Part shown: positions 9,948 to 21,085 of the stretch, piece by piece
Numbering within the stretch: the stretch's first letter is position 1
Layout of the letters: each line of letters starts with the position of its first letter
Source of the DNA: an uncultured Gammaproteobacteria bacterium
GTDB lineage: Bacteria; Pseudomonadota; Gammaproteobacteria; Eutrophobiales; Eutrophobiaceae
Assembly: GCA_951812995.1 (NCBI GenBank)
Contig: CATOTD010000002.1
Location: 67,468-131,467 of the forward strand
Length of the DNA stretch: 64,000 nt
Reading direction: 5' to 3'
Position numbers and translations under genes: made by a program
Notes under the pieces: model-generated
Databases searched by the model: none
The model's input: the letters and a program-made list of their open reading frames with translations, nothing else
Told to the model about the DNA's origin: nothing

Positions 9948-10799
9948 ATGAATCAGCTAACAAACCTACAATTTGCATTGCCCACAGGATCGATAGAATG
10001 TTATATCGCATCGGTCAATCAAATACCCATCCTGTCTCAGGATGAAGAACAAATATTGGCGCGGCATCTGCGCGATGAAGGCGATCTTGAGGCAGCGCGC
10101 CGCTTGGTCTTATCACATTTGCGCTTTGTCGTAAAAATTGCGCGCGGCTACAACGGCTATGGTCTGCCACAAGCCGATCTAATCCAAGAAGGCAATATCG
10201 GTCTGATGAAGGCCATCAAACGCTTTGACCCCAATGTTGGTGTTCGACTTGTGTCGTTTGCCGTACATTGGATACGTGCTGAAATGCACGAATTTATTCT
10301 TAAAAACTGGCGCATTGTAAAAATCGCGACCACCAAGGCCCAACGCAAACTATTTTTCAATCTGCGTTCTTCTAAAAAACGATTAGGTTGGTTAGATCAG
10401 CATGAAGTTGATGAAATTGCAGAGACCTTGGGCGTGAAACCTAGCGATGTTGTGGAAATGGAAAAACGCATGGGTAATTACGATGCGTCTTTCGATGGAT
10501 TTGATAGTGATGCCGATGACGACTCAATCTGTACACCATCTTACTATCTTAAGAACAAAACGGCCGGCCCGGAAGCGTTTATCGAAGCTGCCGAATGCGA
10601 CGGCGAGCGTCGCACAGGTTTGCATAAGGCATTAGCGTTGCTTGATGACCGCAGCAAAGACATCATTACGAGACGCTGGTTGGCAGAAGACAAGGCGACC
10701 CTGCATGAACTTGCCGCCATCCATGCTGTCTCTGCAGAGCGCATAAGGCAAATAGAAAACAACGCAATGAAGAAATTGCGCGCGGCCCTCGCTACATAA
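9948..10799 (+). CDS. rpoH: RNA polymerase sigma-32 factor
   Basis: Sigma-70 region 2 (DLIQEGNIGLMKAIKRFDP) plus the RpoH box (QRKLFFNLR); located downstream of ftsYEX as in E. coli. Confidence 0.9.
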   Translation: MNQLTNLQFALPTGSIECYIASVNQIPILSQDEEQILARHLRDEGDLEAARRLVLSHLRFVVKIARGYNGYGLPQADLIQEGNIGLMKAIKRFDPNVGVRLVSFAVHWIRAEMHEFILKNWRIVKIATTKAQRKLFFNLRSSKKRLGWLDQHEVDEIAETLGVKPSDVVEMEKRMGNYDASFDGFDSDADDDSICTPSYYLKNKTAGPEAFIEAAECDGERRTGLHKALALLDDRSKDIITRRWLAEDKATLHELAAIHAVSAERIRQIENNAMKKLRAALAT

Positions 10800-10934
10800 C
10801 CGCAGTCGCGGCCTCTGTGGCCAGGCCACCTTAACCGCCCCACGGTCACATCAGCCCATGCTTTCTACAAACGTGCGCGTCATAGTTATGGCGTGCATGG
10901 GCAAGCATTAGGTATTAGGCAATGAATGCGTAAC

Positions 10935-11750
10935 TTAAAAATTTCTTTCTCTCTTGATAGTCTCGTACGCTGTTCTTATTTCATGGGTGCGGTCGGTTGC
11001 CACTTTCATCATTTCTTCCGGCAGACCTTTTGCGACCAGTTTATCGGGGTGATGTTGGCTTAGCAGGCGACGGTAGGCCTTCTTGATTTCACTCGTGCTG
11101 GCAGATTCTTTGATACCCAGTATGCTGTAGGCTTGCTGCAAAGAGGGGCCACCCTTATTTCCCGCACGGGAGGCACCCTCCATACCACCAATCATTGCCG
11201 AGAGGTGATCAAACGTATGTTTTGAGATATTCAGCATCTTACAGATATTTAATAAGACACGGCGTTCTGCCGGATCCATAACACCGTCGGCATAGGCGGC
11301 CATAATCTGTATCTCAATAAACATGCGCAACAAATTGGGCTTAAAACCTATCTCTTGTTTGAATTGTTTGAGTACAGCATTTAACGGGAAGGTATCTTTT
11401 TTGCCTTCATTAAATAAGCGTATGGCCGCTTTGCGCTGTGACTCAACGAGGTTCATTTGCTGCATGACTTGTTTGGCAAGTACAATTTCGCTGTCGGTAA
11501 CGTGTCCATCGGCCTTGCAAACATGACCCATTACCGAGAAGGTTGTGGTGTAGAACAGGGTCTGAATACGTTCTCGTCCACCTCGCGGGAAAGGGATGAC
11601 ATTATCCTCTTGCCCGAAGCCCGTTCGATTTGCAGATTGCGATAGGCCCTTATCAAAGTTATGCCCCATGGCAGCACCGAGCACGGCCCCGATAGGCCCA
11701 CCTATCATCATGCCAAAGGCACCCCCTAAAATTTTCCCCCACCAACTCAT
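10935..11750 (-). CDS. djlA: co-chaperone DjlA (DnaJ-like membrane protein)
   Basis: N-terminal TM segment, a central TerB-like region and a C-terminal J domain (YSILGIKESASTSEIKKAYRRLLSQHHPDKL). Confidence 0.85.
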   Translation of the reverse strand: MSWWGKILGGAFGMMIGGPIGAVLGAAMGHNFDKGLSQSANRTGFGQEDNVIPFPRGGRERIQTLFYTTTFSVMGHVCKADGHVTDSEIVLAKQVMQQMNLVESQRKAAIRLFNEGKKDTFPLNAVLKQFKQEIGFKPNLLRMFIEIQIMAAYADGVMDPAERRVLLNICKMLNISKHTFDHLSAMIGGMEGASRAGNKGGPSLQQAYSILGIKESASTSEIKKAYRRLLSQHHPDKLVAKGLPEEMMKVATDRTHEIRTAYETIKRERNF

Positions 11751-11871
11751 TTCATTCCCCTGTAATAAAAAATAGCCATTAACTCAATGCCATAACGATC
11801 CGTTATAATGCCGCTTTTTTATCGGCCTGGCACGCTAAAATCACATTAACCCCCTATGCACGGTAATCATC

Positions 11872-12702
11872 ATGGCTACAAATAATAAAAAGCACCGCGG
11901 AAAACCATCAACACCCACAATGGCCGATCGGGCGGATAAATATATCTGTTATGAGGCATCCGTCCAATGTGTTGAAGCAGAGATTGATTTCGTCGATGCG
12001 ACCTTTTTTGAACTCCGCAAGCGCCGCGCCCAGCGTCTGCGAGAAGATTTTTGTGGAACGGCGAATACATCCTGTGAGTGGGTACGGCGGCGGCGCACCA
12101 ATACCGCCATCAGTGTTGATCGTGATCTGTCAGTGCTTGATTGGAGCAAACAAAACAAGGTAGCCAAGCTACCGCCCGGGCCGGCAAAGCGGCTGACGAT
12201 GGTCAATGGTGACGTACTAAAAATAAAAACGGATCCGGTTGATATGGTGTTAGCCATGAATTTCAGTTATTGGCTTTTGCTGGAACGCCGCGCCACCATT
12301 CGGTATTTTAAGCGGGTTCGGGACGCATTGGTTGATGACGGGATATTTTTCCTGGATGCGTATGGCGGTTATGAGGCCTTTCAGGAAGTGACCGAAGAGA
12401 CCCAGAACGAAACTTGTACCTATATATGGGAGCAATATAAATACAGCCCGGTGACCGGCATTGCTAAAAACTACATCCACTTCAAGTTTGAAGATGGCTC
12501 CGAGATGAGGCGGGCTTTTGCTTATGACTGGCGGGTCTGGACCTTGCCAGAGTTAACCGACATGCTGTCTGTCGCTGGTTTTAAGCCGACTGTGTACTGG
12601 GAGCAAACAGATGCCGCGGGTGAGGGTAATGGTGTTTTTGAGCCTGAGACCGAAGGTGAGGCAGATGCGGGATGGATTGCTTACCTGGTTGCCGAGAAGT
12701 AG
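11872..12702 (+). CDS. class I SAM-dependent methyltransferase (function unknown)
   Basis: 276 aa with a Rossmann-like methyltransferase core (VLAMNFSYWLL..., DGIFFLDAYGG). Assignment by general fold signature only. Confidence 0.5.
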   Translation: MATNNKKHRGKPSTPTMADRADKYICYEASVQCVEAEIDFVDATFFELRKRRAQRLREDFCGTANTSCEWVRRRRTNTAISVDRDLSVLDWSKQNKVAKLPPGPAKRLTMVNGDVLKIKTDPVDMVLAMNFSYWLLLERRATIRYFKRVRDALVDDGIFFLDAYGGYEAFQEVTEETQNETCTYIWEQYKYSPVTGIAKNYIHFKFEDGSEMRRAFAYDWRVWTLPELTDMLSVAGFKPTVYWEQTDAAGEGNGVFEPETEGEADAGWIAYLVAEK

Positions 12703-12726
12703 CGCAACTACTTGACAAGGGCCCGG

Positions 12727-12790
12727 TTGAAGTCGGTCGGAGCTGGTCGAGGTTGGTCGGAGTCGGGCCGAGGCCGATCGAAGCGTGTCT
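12727..12790. repeat. short array (~6 units) of the same 10-bp repeat family (GCTGGTCGAG / GTTGGTCGGA)
   Basis: Visible 10-mer periodicity between the methyltransferase stop and phoB; same unit family and orientation as the 6826..7088 array. Confidence 0.7.
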
Positions 12791-12863
12791 GCTGAACGGG
12801 GATCATTTAAGGTCTTTTTTGTAATGAAGCTGTAATATTATTCTTTTCTAATACACCGCAGGC

Positions 12864-13577
12864 ATGAGTCGCACATTGCATAAAACAAAAGCAACAATAC
12901 TGATCGTCGAAGACGAGGCGGCGATTCGCGCCATGCTGGACTATGCCTTGACGCAACAAGGTCTCCATTGTGTTGCAGCGGCCGCTGTCGAAGAGGCAAA
13001 GAGGATAATAGAGGCAACCCCGCCCGATCTTATATTACTGGACTGGATGTTGCCCGGCATGAGTGGCATCGACTATGCGCGACGTTTACGTAGCACCTCG
13101 GCAACACAAGACATCCCGATCATAATGTTGACGGCAAAAGGTGAAGAGGCAGATAAGGTGATAGCGCTTGATGCGGGTGCCGATGATTACGTGACTAAAC
13201 CCTTCTCAACCAAGGAGTTGATCGCACGGGTCAATGCGGTGCTGAGACGCTATGCCGATGCGAATGAGGCGGGTGTGATCAATGTCAATGGGCTGGTGCT
13301 GGATCCGTATACTTATCGTGTCACGGTGGATGATCAGGTTATCGGCATGACGGCCACCGAGTTTAAATTACTGCATTTCTTTATCACACATCCGGAACGG
13401 GTGTATAGTCGGTCGCAGATACTGGATCAAGTTTGGGGTGAGCATATTTACGTTGAAGAACGTACGGTCGATGTGCATATTCGCAGGCTGAGAAAAAAAC
13501 TGGAGTCGGAGTCATTTAATTTTGATAAATTTATACGGACTGTTCGCAGTGTTGGTTATTTTTTTTCCACCCGTTAA
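12864..13577 (+). CDS. phoB: phosphate regulon response regulator PhoB
   Basis: REC domain (ILIVEDEAAIRAML...DLILLDWMLPGMSG) plus a winged-helix OmpR/PhoB output domain. Followed by phoR and the pst operon. Confidence 0.9.
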   Translation: MSRTLHKTKATILIVEDEAAIRAMLDYALTQQGLHCVAAAAVEEAKRIIEATPPDLILLDWMLPGMSGIDYARRLRSTSATQDIPIIMLTAKGEEADKVIALDAGADDYVTKPFSTKELIARVNAVLRRYADANEAGVINVNGLVLDPYTYRVTVDDQVIGMTATEFKLLHFFITHPERVYSRSQILDQVWGEHIYVEERTVDVHIRRLRKKLESESFNFDKFIRTVRSVGYFFSTR

Positions 13578-13586
13578 GGCAACACT

Positions 13587-14903
13587 ATGAAGTATGACAT
13601 CTGGCGTTTTATAGGCGTTCTCTTTCTTGGTGGCCTGGCCGGGATTGTCTTTAATCACGTCTTCTTATGCCTCATTGTCGGCTTATTGTTTTATATTTGG
13701 TGGCAATACAGAGAGTTCGTAAAAATACTGTTATGGCTGAAGAGGAGACACGAGGCCAGCAGTCCTTCGCAAGCCGGTATTGTTGATGAGATTTGCCGTG
13801 AAATTGATTATCTGCGCGATAGAAATAAATCACGTAAATTAAAACTCTCCGGCTACTTAAAACGCTTTCAGAAAGGCACGGGCGCGTTGCCAGATGCGGT
13901 TATTATTCTGGGTGAGCAAGGTGAAATAGAATGGGCGAATGCCAAGGCACAAGAATACATGGGTGTACACTGGCCAAAAGACGGCGGTTTGCGTTTATCT
14001 AATCTGGTACGTTATCCAACCTTAATTAAATACCTTGATGCCAGTAACGCTGAATTGGAAAAAGACCTACAAATCACGTCTCCTGTCAATCTAAAACGCG
14101 TGCTTGAGATACGCATTTCGCCGTACGGTGAAACACAAAAATTATTTGTCGCAAGAGACGTTACCGCAATTTCACGCACGAACCAGATGCGTAAGGATTT
14201 TATCATGAATGCCTCGCATGAATTGCGTACGCCATTGACAGTGCTGTCGGGCTATCTTGAAGGGTTTGTCGATGATCCAAAATGTCCGGAACAATGGATT
14301 GAGTATATAAAGCAAATGCGACTACACACAACCCGTATGCAACGTTTGATAGAAGATCTTATGCATCTCTCCAGTCTCGAAGCAAATGTTGGAAAAAGCG
14401 AACATGCTGTTATTTTTGTGCCCGATATGTTGCTTACAATAGCAAATGAAGCACGTGCGCTCAGCGGTTTTATGGATCATGAAATCACGCTTGATGTGGA
14501 TAACGATTTGTATCTGAATGCCAATCAGCATGAACTATACAGTGTATTTTCCAACCTGGTATTTAATGCGGTGCAATACACGCCAGAGCAAGGGCGTATT
14601 GCATTAAAATGGTATGCAGATGATGCCGGGGCACATTTTTGTGTGCATGACAACGGGACTGGCATCGCGCCTCAGCACATTCCAAGATTAACCGAACGTT
14701 TCTATCGCGTTGATGTAGGGCGTTCCAGAGAGAAAGGCGGCACGGGTCTGGGGCTTGCTATCGTCAAGCATGTGTTGGCACGATATGATGGCAAATTGTT
14801 TATCGAGAGTCATCTTGATAAAGGTAGCTTATTCCGTTGCGATTTACCAAAATCATGTGTAGTCAACGCCGAGACTATTAGCCAGAAAACCTTAAGCGCT
14901 TGA
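13587..14903 (+). CDS. phoR: phosphate regulon sensor histidine kinase PhoR
   Basis: N-terminal TM segments and a PAS-like region, then HisKA (ASHELRTPLT) and HATPase_c (GTGLGLAIVKH) domains. Confidence 0.9.
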   Translation: MKYDIWRFIGVLFLGGLAGIVFNHVFLCLIVGLLFYIWWQYREFVKILLWLKRRHEASSPSQAGIVDEICREIDYLRDRNKSRKLKLSGYLKRFQKGTGALPDAVIILGEQGEIEWANAKAQEYMGVHWPKDGGLRLSNLVRYPTLIKYLDASNAELEKDLQITSPVNLKRVLEIRISPYGETQKLFVARDVTAISRTNQMRKDFIMNASHELRTPLTVLSGYLEGFVDDPKCPEQWIEYIKQMRLHTTRMQRLIEDLMHLSSLEANVGKSEHAVIFVPDMLLTIANEARALSGFMDHEITLDVDNDLYLNANQHELYSVFSNLVFNAVQYTPEQGRIALKWYADDAGAHFCVHDNGTGIAPQHIPRLTERFYRVDVGRSREKGGTGLGLAIVKHVLARYDGKLFIESHLDKGSLFRCDLPKSCVVNAETISQKTLSA

Positions 14904-14948
14904 ATGCGCCAGATTTATAGTTTTAGGTGTCACGAAACTTTAATACTT

Positions 14949-14966
14949 TTGTCATCACATTGTCAT
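14949..14966 (+). promoter_or_regulatory. Pho box (PhoB binding site) upstream of pstS
   Basis: TTGTCATCACATTGTCAT is two 7-bp direct repeats separated by 4 bp, matching the CTGTCAT-N4-CTGTCAT consensus; lies about 55 bp upstream of the pstS start. Confidence 0.55.
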
Positions 14967-15019
14967 TTTATTATTCAATAATAGTTTTTTCATATTATAT
15001 TTTTCAAAGGAGATAAACG

Positions 15020-16015
15020 TTGATGATTAACAAAAAATGCTTTGCAATACTACTTATGTTATCTGCACTAATGCCACTGCACGCCGTGGCGGCAGACAAG
15101 ATTGATGCGGGTTTGCCAGCGTATGTGAAGGCGAGTGGTGTATCTGGCAATATCAGCAGTATAGGCTCTGATACACTGGCAAATTTAATGACACTCTGGG
15201 CCGAAGCGTTCAAACAACTCTACCCAAACGTCAATATTCAGATCCAGGCCGCAGGTTCTTCTACCGCCCCTCCGGCGTTGACTGAGGGCACCTCAAATTT
15301 TGGCCCCATGAGTCGCAAAATGAAGGACAAGGAGCTGGCTGCTTTTGAAAGCAAGCATGGCTACAAACCAACCGCTGTTGCTGTCGCTATTGATGCGCTT
15401 GCTGTATTTGTCAACAAGGATAATCCAATTACAGGTCTTTCTATCGCGCAAGTCGATGCCCTCTTTTCGGCAACACGTAAATGTGATTATCCCAATGATA
15501 TTACCGTCTGGGGACAGCTTGGCTTAACGGGTGACTGGGCCCGTCGTCCGATCCAATTGTATGGTCGCAACTCGGTTTCGGGTACCTATGGCTACTTTAA
15601 GAAAAAGGCACTTTGTAAGGGCGACTACAAGGATAGTGTTAATGAGCAACCTGGCTCAGCTTCTGTTGTACAAGGCGTAGCCAAGTCGTTAAACGGCATA
15701 GGTTACTCTGGTATTGGCTACAAGACTTCCGGGGTTAAGGCGGTTGCTTTGGCTCGTAAAGACGGAGATGAGTTTATTCAAGCAACCCTTGCCAATGCCT
15801 CGGCTGGCACCTATCCATTAGCGCGTCTCCTATATGTTTATATAAACAAGCAACCCAATAAACCGCTGGCACCTTTGGAGCGTGAGTTTATAAAAATGAT
15901 TCTTGCAAAAACCGGACAGCGCGTCGTTGTAAAAGATGGTTATATTCCTTTGCCCGCCAAATCAGCTGCCGCGCAATTAGCCAAGCTGGGTCTCGGAGCT
16001 GGTCTTGCGGAATAG
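15020..16015 (+). CDS. pstS: phosphate ABC transporter substrate-binding protein PstS
   Basis: 331 aa with a signal peptide and PstS/PBP2 family signatures ([23 protein letters not shown]). Confidence 0.9.
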   Translation: MMINKKCFAILLMLSALMPLHAVAADKIDAGLPAYVKASGVSGNISSIGSDTLANLMTLWAEAFKQLYPNVNIQIQAAGSSTAPPALTEGTSNFGPMSRKMKDKELAAFESKHGYKPTAVAVAIDALAVFVNKDNPITGLSIAQVDALFSATRKCDYPNDITVWGQLGLTGDWARRPIQLYGRNSVSGTYGYFKKKALCKGDYKDSVNEQPGSASVVQGVAKSLNGIGYSGIGYKTSGVKAVALARKDGDEFIQATLANASAGTYPLARLLYVYINKQPNKPLAPLEREFIKMILAKTGQRVVVKDGYIPLPAKSAAAQLAKLGLGAGLAE

Positions 16016-16223
16016 AAAATAGATCATTAAGTCAGTGCTTAATCCTTGCGCACACTGCGACCGTGTGCCAGCATCTTTCATCGCCATGGATGGCGATAGC
16101 GTAAGGTTTGCCGCCGTTGCCGTTACATTGCCCACCAATAAATAGTACGGGCGTTGCAATAAGATCGTATCGCCTTATTATGCCAACTGTAAGATTGTCA
16201 TAAACCCATTCTAAAATGACTGC

Positions 16224-18506
16224 ATGGATAAAAATGAGATTATTACTGATGTTCTGAGCCATGATTTTAATTCAAAATCGGCTCGATATTATCGTAAATG
16301 GCGACATATAAAGGATGCGGCGACTCGTTATTTAATGGCGTTCGGTGGTATCAGCGTGATTATGGCCATAGTCTTGATCGCATTTTATTTGCTCTATGTC
16401 GTCATTCCAATGTTTAAGTCGGCCGCGATTGAATCCATAGCGACTTACGCGGTGCCGGGAGCGGCAAATGCCAAGACGCTACTTTATGCCATGGAAGAAC
16501 AGCGCGAAGTCGCCTTGCGTATCAGCGATCAGGGTCAGGCCGTATTTTTCTCAACAAACAACGGCGAGATGCGCAAAACAGTCAATTTTAATATTCCTGA
16601 TGGCGTTGTTGTAACCGCAATAGCAGCCGGCGATCAAACAGAAAAAGTAATTGGTCTTGGTCTGTCAGATGGTAGCGTTTTACTTTTTCAACATACTTAT
16701 GATGTCTCTTATCCTAACGATGTGCGCTTAATTACACCTAATATCATATTCCCCTATGGCGAGGCACCGATTCAGATTAATGGTATTGGTGAACCGGTGA
16801 CCGAGCTTAGTGTTCAATATGATGGCGAGCGGGCTACATTGGTGGCACATGGCAATCATGCAGCAATAAACCTTGTCAGTTTTGTTAAAGAAGAATCCAT
16901 GTTGAGTGACGATGTAGAAATCACACGTGAAAAAAGTGTCATTTTAATCGAAATGGAAAAAATTATTGATTTAAGACTGGATATTGAACAACGTGAGCTG
17001 TATGTCGCTGATACGCCCGGTAATATTTATTATTACAACGTAAGTAAAAAGACCGCACCGCGACTCATGCAAAAGGTAAGGGCAGTGGCAGGTAATGCCG
17101 AAATAACTGCATTGGAATTCCTTGCTGGTGGCATCTCAATTCTGGTCGGCGACACCAATGGTCGGATCGCGCAGTGGTTTCCAGTCAGGGATGATGACAA
17201 TAACTACACCTTACAGAAAATACGCACCTTCGATAAACAAAAAGCACCGATTACCGCGATCGCGGCAGAACATGCACGCAAGGGATTCGCTGCCATAGAT
17301 GCCAGCGGCCAGATGGGTCTTTACCACACCACTGCACACCGCACCGTCTTGCTTGAAAAAATAGATGGACATGCGCTAAATACAATCAGTATCGCGCCTC
17401 GTGCGAATGCCGTATTAGTTGAAAATGACAAAGGTCAAATACAATTTTGGTATGTACATAACGAGCATCCGGAAATTTCCTGGCAGTCAGTATGGGGCAA
17501 GGTCTGGTATGAAAGTCGTGGCCAGCCAGAATATGTCTGGCAATCGTCTTCGGCCAGTAGTGATTTTGAACCCAAGTTCAGTCTGACACCATTGGCTTAT
17601 GGCACGTTTAAGGCGGCATTTTATGCCATGCTGTTTGCGGTGCCACTGGCCATATTGGGTGCCATGTATACGGCTTATTTTATGGCACCCAAAATGCGAC
17701 AAGTGGTCAAACCAACGATTGAAATCATGGAAGCACTGCCGACCGTTATTCTGGGGTTTCTGGCCGGTTTGTGGTTGGCACCGTTTGTTGAACTGCATCT
17801 ACCGGGCGTGTTCATCATGATGTTTTTCGTACCATTCGGCATTTTATTGGCCGCTGCGATCTGGGATTTTTTTCCTGATAATATTAAACATAAACTACCC
17901 GCGGGTTGGGAAGCGGCCTTGTTAATACCGGTAGTCATCATCGCCGCGGCCCTTTCAATTAAACTTAGTCAACCGGTTGAGAATCTGTTGTTTGCGGGCA
18001 ATCTACCCCTTTGGTTGAGCCAGGAAATGGGGATCACGTATGATCAACGAAACTCCATGGTGGTTGGTCTGGCAATGGGCTTTGCGGTAATCCCGACAAT
18101 ATTTTCTATTAGCGAAGATGCGATCTATGGTGTGCCGAAGCATTTAACGACCGGTTCACTGGCACTCGGTGCCACCGCCTGGCAGACCATGGTGCGGGTT
18201 GTTTTATTAACCGCAAGCCCGGGGATATTTTCTGCTGTTATGATCGGGTTGGGTCGCGCTGTTGGGGAGACGATGATCGTCGTCATGGCAACAGGTAATA
18301 CCGCCATCATGGACATGAGTATCTTTGAAGGATTTCGGGCCTTGTCAGCAAATATAGCGGTAGAGATGCCAGAAACAGAAGTAGACAGTACGCATTATCG
18401 AATTTTATTTCTAGGTGCGTTCGTCCTGTTTGTGGTGACCTTCTTTTTCAATACGATTGCTGAAGTTGTGCGCCAGCGCTTGCGTACAAAATACAGCTCG
18501 CTCTGA
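16224..18506 (+). CDS. pstC: phosphate ABC transporter permease PstC (long form with N-terminal extension)
   Basis: 760 aa with a C-terminal six-TM PstC core (EAA-like loop) and a ~450-aa N-terminal extension; position pstS-pstC-pstA-pstB. Confidence 0.85.
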   Translation: MDKNEIITDVLSHDFNSKSARYYRKWRHIKDAATRYLMAFGGISVIMAIVLIAFYLLYVVIPMFKSAAIESIATYAVPGAANAKTLLYAMEEQREVALRISDQGQAVFFSTNNGEMRKTVNFNIPDGVVVTAIAAGDQTEKVIGLGLSDGSVLLFQHTYDVSYPNDVRLITPNIIFPYGEAPIQINGIGEPVTELSVQYDGERATLVAHGNHAAINLVSFVKEESMLSDDVEITREKSVILIEMEKIIDLRLDIEQRELYVADTPGNIYYYNVSKKTAPRLMQKVRAVAGNAEITALEFLAGGISILVGDTNGRIAQWFPVRDDDNNYTLQKIRTFDKQKAPITAIAAEHARKGFAAIDASGQMGLYHTTAHRTVLLEKIDGHALNTISIAPRANAVLVENDKGQIQFWYVHNEHPEISWQSVWGKVWYESRGQPEYVWQSSSASSDFEPKFSLTPLAYGTFKAAFYAMLFAVPLAILGAMYTAYFMAPKMRQVVKPTIEIMEALPTVILGFLAGLWLAPFVELHLPGVFIMMFFVPFGILLAAAIWDFFPDNIKHKLPAGWEAALLIPVVIIAAALSIKLSQPVENLLFAGNLPLWLSQEMGITYDQRNSMVVGLAMGFAVIPTIFSISEDAIYGVPKHLTTGSLALGATAWQTMVRVVLLTASPGIFSAVMIGLGRAVGETMIVVMATGNTAIMDMSIFEGFRALSANIAVEMPETEVDSTHYRILFLGAFVLFVVTFFFNTIAEVVRQRLRTKYSSL

Positions 18507-20164
18507 TGCAATCAAAAATAAAAAACTGGCTTGATTCAGGTGCCCCCTTTGTTTGGTTAAACGCGGGTGCGGTTTCTGTTTCTGTCGTCATGGTGGTTGG
18601 CTTGATCGCGTTGATTGCCGTACGCGGTTTGGGCCATTTTTGGCCGTCCGATATTGCCGTGTTTGATTATGCCTTTGCACCAGATAGCGAAAGCAGTCAG
18701 TTGATGGGCGAGTTCATTGATGAAGAAACCGTCTTGCGCGCACGCGCCGGTAATCCTGCTTACGCGGGCGCGACCATCAAACGACATTTGCTCAAGACCG
18801 GTAACAGAGATATATCGGGACTTGATTTTAGTTGGATATTGGATGCCGGGATAAAGCATAAAACGTACCCTGATGATGCAATGGTTGTTGAGCGTCGTGA
18901 GTGGGGAAATTTTTATGGCTTTCTAAACAGCGTGCAATTAGATGGCCATAACTTGCAGAACAATGCAACGCTTTGGGCTACCTTAGAGCAGGCAATAACA
19001 CAAAACAATGCGGTCTTTGATGAGATTAGATATATCGAAAAAAATCTGATTGGCGGCATCAACTATAAAATGGAAAAACTGCGCCTTAAAGAGCGTGAAT
19101 TGGTATTAAAAGAAGAAAATACGCCTGTAAATTTACAAGCGCTGATCGCGCAACGGGAAGCGTTGCAACTTGCATACAATAGTCATACTGCTACATTAGA
19201 GACGCTTTACGCTACCTTAAACAGTGCCAGCCTTACCGCCACAACGGCTGATGGGCAAGCAGTCAGTATTGCGCTGTCTAAAGTGATTCGGGTTTACCGG
19301 CCAAATGCGATGAGTTTGCCGGATAAAGTCCTGTTCTATTTTGAGAAGTTTTGGGAGTTTCTAACAGATGATCCACGCGAGGCCAATACGGAGGGTGGCA
19401 TCTTTCCAGCCATATTTGGTACGGTGTTAATGGTGATAATCATGGCCGTCATAGTAACGCCGTTTGGTGTTATTGCGGCGGTTTATTTGCGTGAGTACGC
19501 AACTCAAAATCTGATTACACGCCTCATACGGATTGCCGTTAATAATCTTGCGGGTGTGCCGTCTGTGGTTTACGGGGTGTTTGGTCTTGGCTTTTTTGTT
19601 TATTTTCTAGGCGGATCAATCGATCAATTATTTTTTCCTGAATCATTACCGGCACCAAAATTTGGCACGCCTGGGCTGTTATGGGCCTCGTTGACACTTG
19701 CCATATTGACGGTGCCGGTTGTTATTGTCGCAACCGAAGAAGGGTTGTCGCGTGTACCGCGCGCCATTCGCGAAGGCAGTTTGGCATTAGGCGCGACCAA
19801 GGCCGAGACCCTGTGGCGTACTGTTTTACCGATGACGACACCCGCTATGATTACCGGTTTGATCTTGGCTGTAGCCAGAGCAGCGGGTGAAGTGGCACCG
19901 TTGATGTTGGTCGGCGTGGTTAAGCTCGCGCCCTCACTGGGGGTCGATGGTAATGCGCCATTTTTACATCTGGATAGAAAATTCATGCACCTTGGCTTTC
20001 ATATTTATGATGTGGGTTTTCAGAGCCCGAATGTTGAGGCGGCACAGCCGTTAGTCTATGCCACAGCCCTGTTACTGGTCGTATTGATTATCATTTTAAA
20101 TCTGACAGCTATACGAATTCGTAATAGTCTAAGAGAGAAATATCGCGCAGCAGAACAAACCTGA
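18506..20164 (+). CDS. pstA: phosphate ABC transporter permease PstA (long form)
   Basis: 552 aa with a C-terminal PstA transmembrane core and a long periplasmic insert; adjacent to pstC and pstB. Confidence 0.85.
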   Translation: MQSKIKNWLDSGAPFVWLNAGAVSVSVVMVVGLIALIAVRGLGHFWPSDIAVFDYAFAPDSESSQLMGEFIDEETVLRARAGNPAYAGATIKRHLLKTGNRDISGLDFSWILDAGIKHKTYPDDAMVVERREWGNFYGFLNSVQLDGHNLQNNATLWATLEQAITQNNAVFDEIRYIEKNLIGGINYKMEKLRLKERELVLKEENTPVNLQALIAQREALQLAYNSHTATLETLYATLNSASLTATTADGQAVSIALSKVIRVYRPNAMSLPDKVLFYFEKFWEFLTDDPREANTEGGIFPAIFGTVLMVIIMAVIVTPFGVIAAVYLREYATQNLITRLIRIAVNNLAGVPSVVYGVFGLGFFVYFLGGSIDQLFFPESLPAPKFGTPGLLWASLTLAILTVPVVIVATEEGLSRVPRAIREGSLALGATKAETLWRTVLPMTTPAMITGLILAVARAAGEVAPLMLVGVVKLAPSLGVDGNAPFLHLDRKFMHLGFHIYDVGFQSPNVEAAQPLVYATALLLVVLIIILNLTAIRIRNSLREKYRAAEQT

Positions 20165-20165
20165 T

Positions 20166-21050
20166 ATGGCGGCTGAAAAAATTGAAAAATACGCAGAGGA
20201 TATTGCCGTGACTGAATCAAGCACAGCCACACGTACACATGCTATCGACATGAACAACATCGTCGATACGGCGGTTGATATGAAACTTGCCAACGAAAAA
20301 ACATGTATTGCGGTAAGCAATTTCAGTTTGTTTTATAGCGGCAAGCAAGCGTTGAAAAATATTAGCCTGACGATACCCGAGAAACGGGCGACTGCATTTA
20401 TCGGCCCTAGTGGTTGTGGTAAATCGACATTATTGCGCTGTTTTAACCGGATGAACGATCTCATTGAGGGTGTGACTACAGCAGGCAACATCAAGTTAGA
20501 AGGCAATGACATTTTCGATAAGAGTATAAATGTGGCTGATTTGCGCCGCCGCGTGGGCATGGTTTTTCAAAAACCCAACCCGTTTCCAAAATCAATTTAT
20601 GAGAACGTGGCCTATGGCTTGCGTATTCAAGGGATAAAAGATCGCCGGACTATCGATACGGTCGTGGAAAAATCATTGCGCGGTGCGGCACTGTGGGATG
20701 AAGTTAAAGATCGGCTGGAAGATTTAGCGATGGGGTTGTCGGGTGGCCAACAACAACGACTGGTGATAGCGCGTGCGATTGCGATTGAGCCAGAAGTCAT
20801 CTTGTTAGATGAGCCAGCCTCCGCATTGGACCCCGTCTCAACCTTAAAGATTGAAGAATTGATTTATGGATTAAAAGATAAATATACTATTGTGATTGTG
20901 ACACATAATATGCAGCAAGCTGCGCGTGTATCAGACTATACGACCTATATGTATATGGGCGAGATGATCGAGTTTAATGACACGAGTACATTATTTACTA
21001 ATCCACATAAGAAGATGACGGAAGATTATATTACCGGACGTTATGGATAA
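20166..21050 (+). CDS. pstB: phosphate ABC transporter ATP-binding protein PstB
   Basis: Walker A (GPSGCGKST), ABC signature (LSGGQQQR) and Walker B ([10 protein letters not shown]) motifs. Confidence 0.9.
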   Translation: MAAEKIEKYAEDIAVTESSTATRTHAIDMNNIVDTAVDMKLANEKTCIAVSNFSLFYSGKQALKNISLTIPEKRATAFIGPSGCGKSTLLRCFNRMNDLIEGVTTAGNIKLEGNDIFDKSINVADLRRRVGMVFQKPNPFPKSIYENVAYGLRIQGIKDRRTIDTVVEKSLRGAALWDEVKDRLEDLAMGLSGGQQQRLVIARAIAIEPEVILLDEPASALDPVSTLKIEELIYGLKDKYTIVIVTHNMQQAARVSDYTTYMYMGEMIEFNDTSTLFTNPHKKMTEDYITGRYG

Positions 21051-21085
21051 TATTAGTTATTAGTTATTAGTTATAGGAGAGTCGC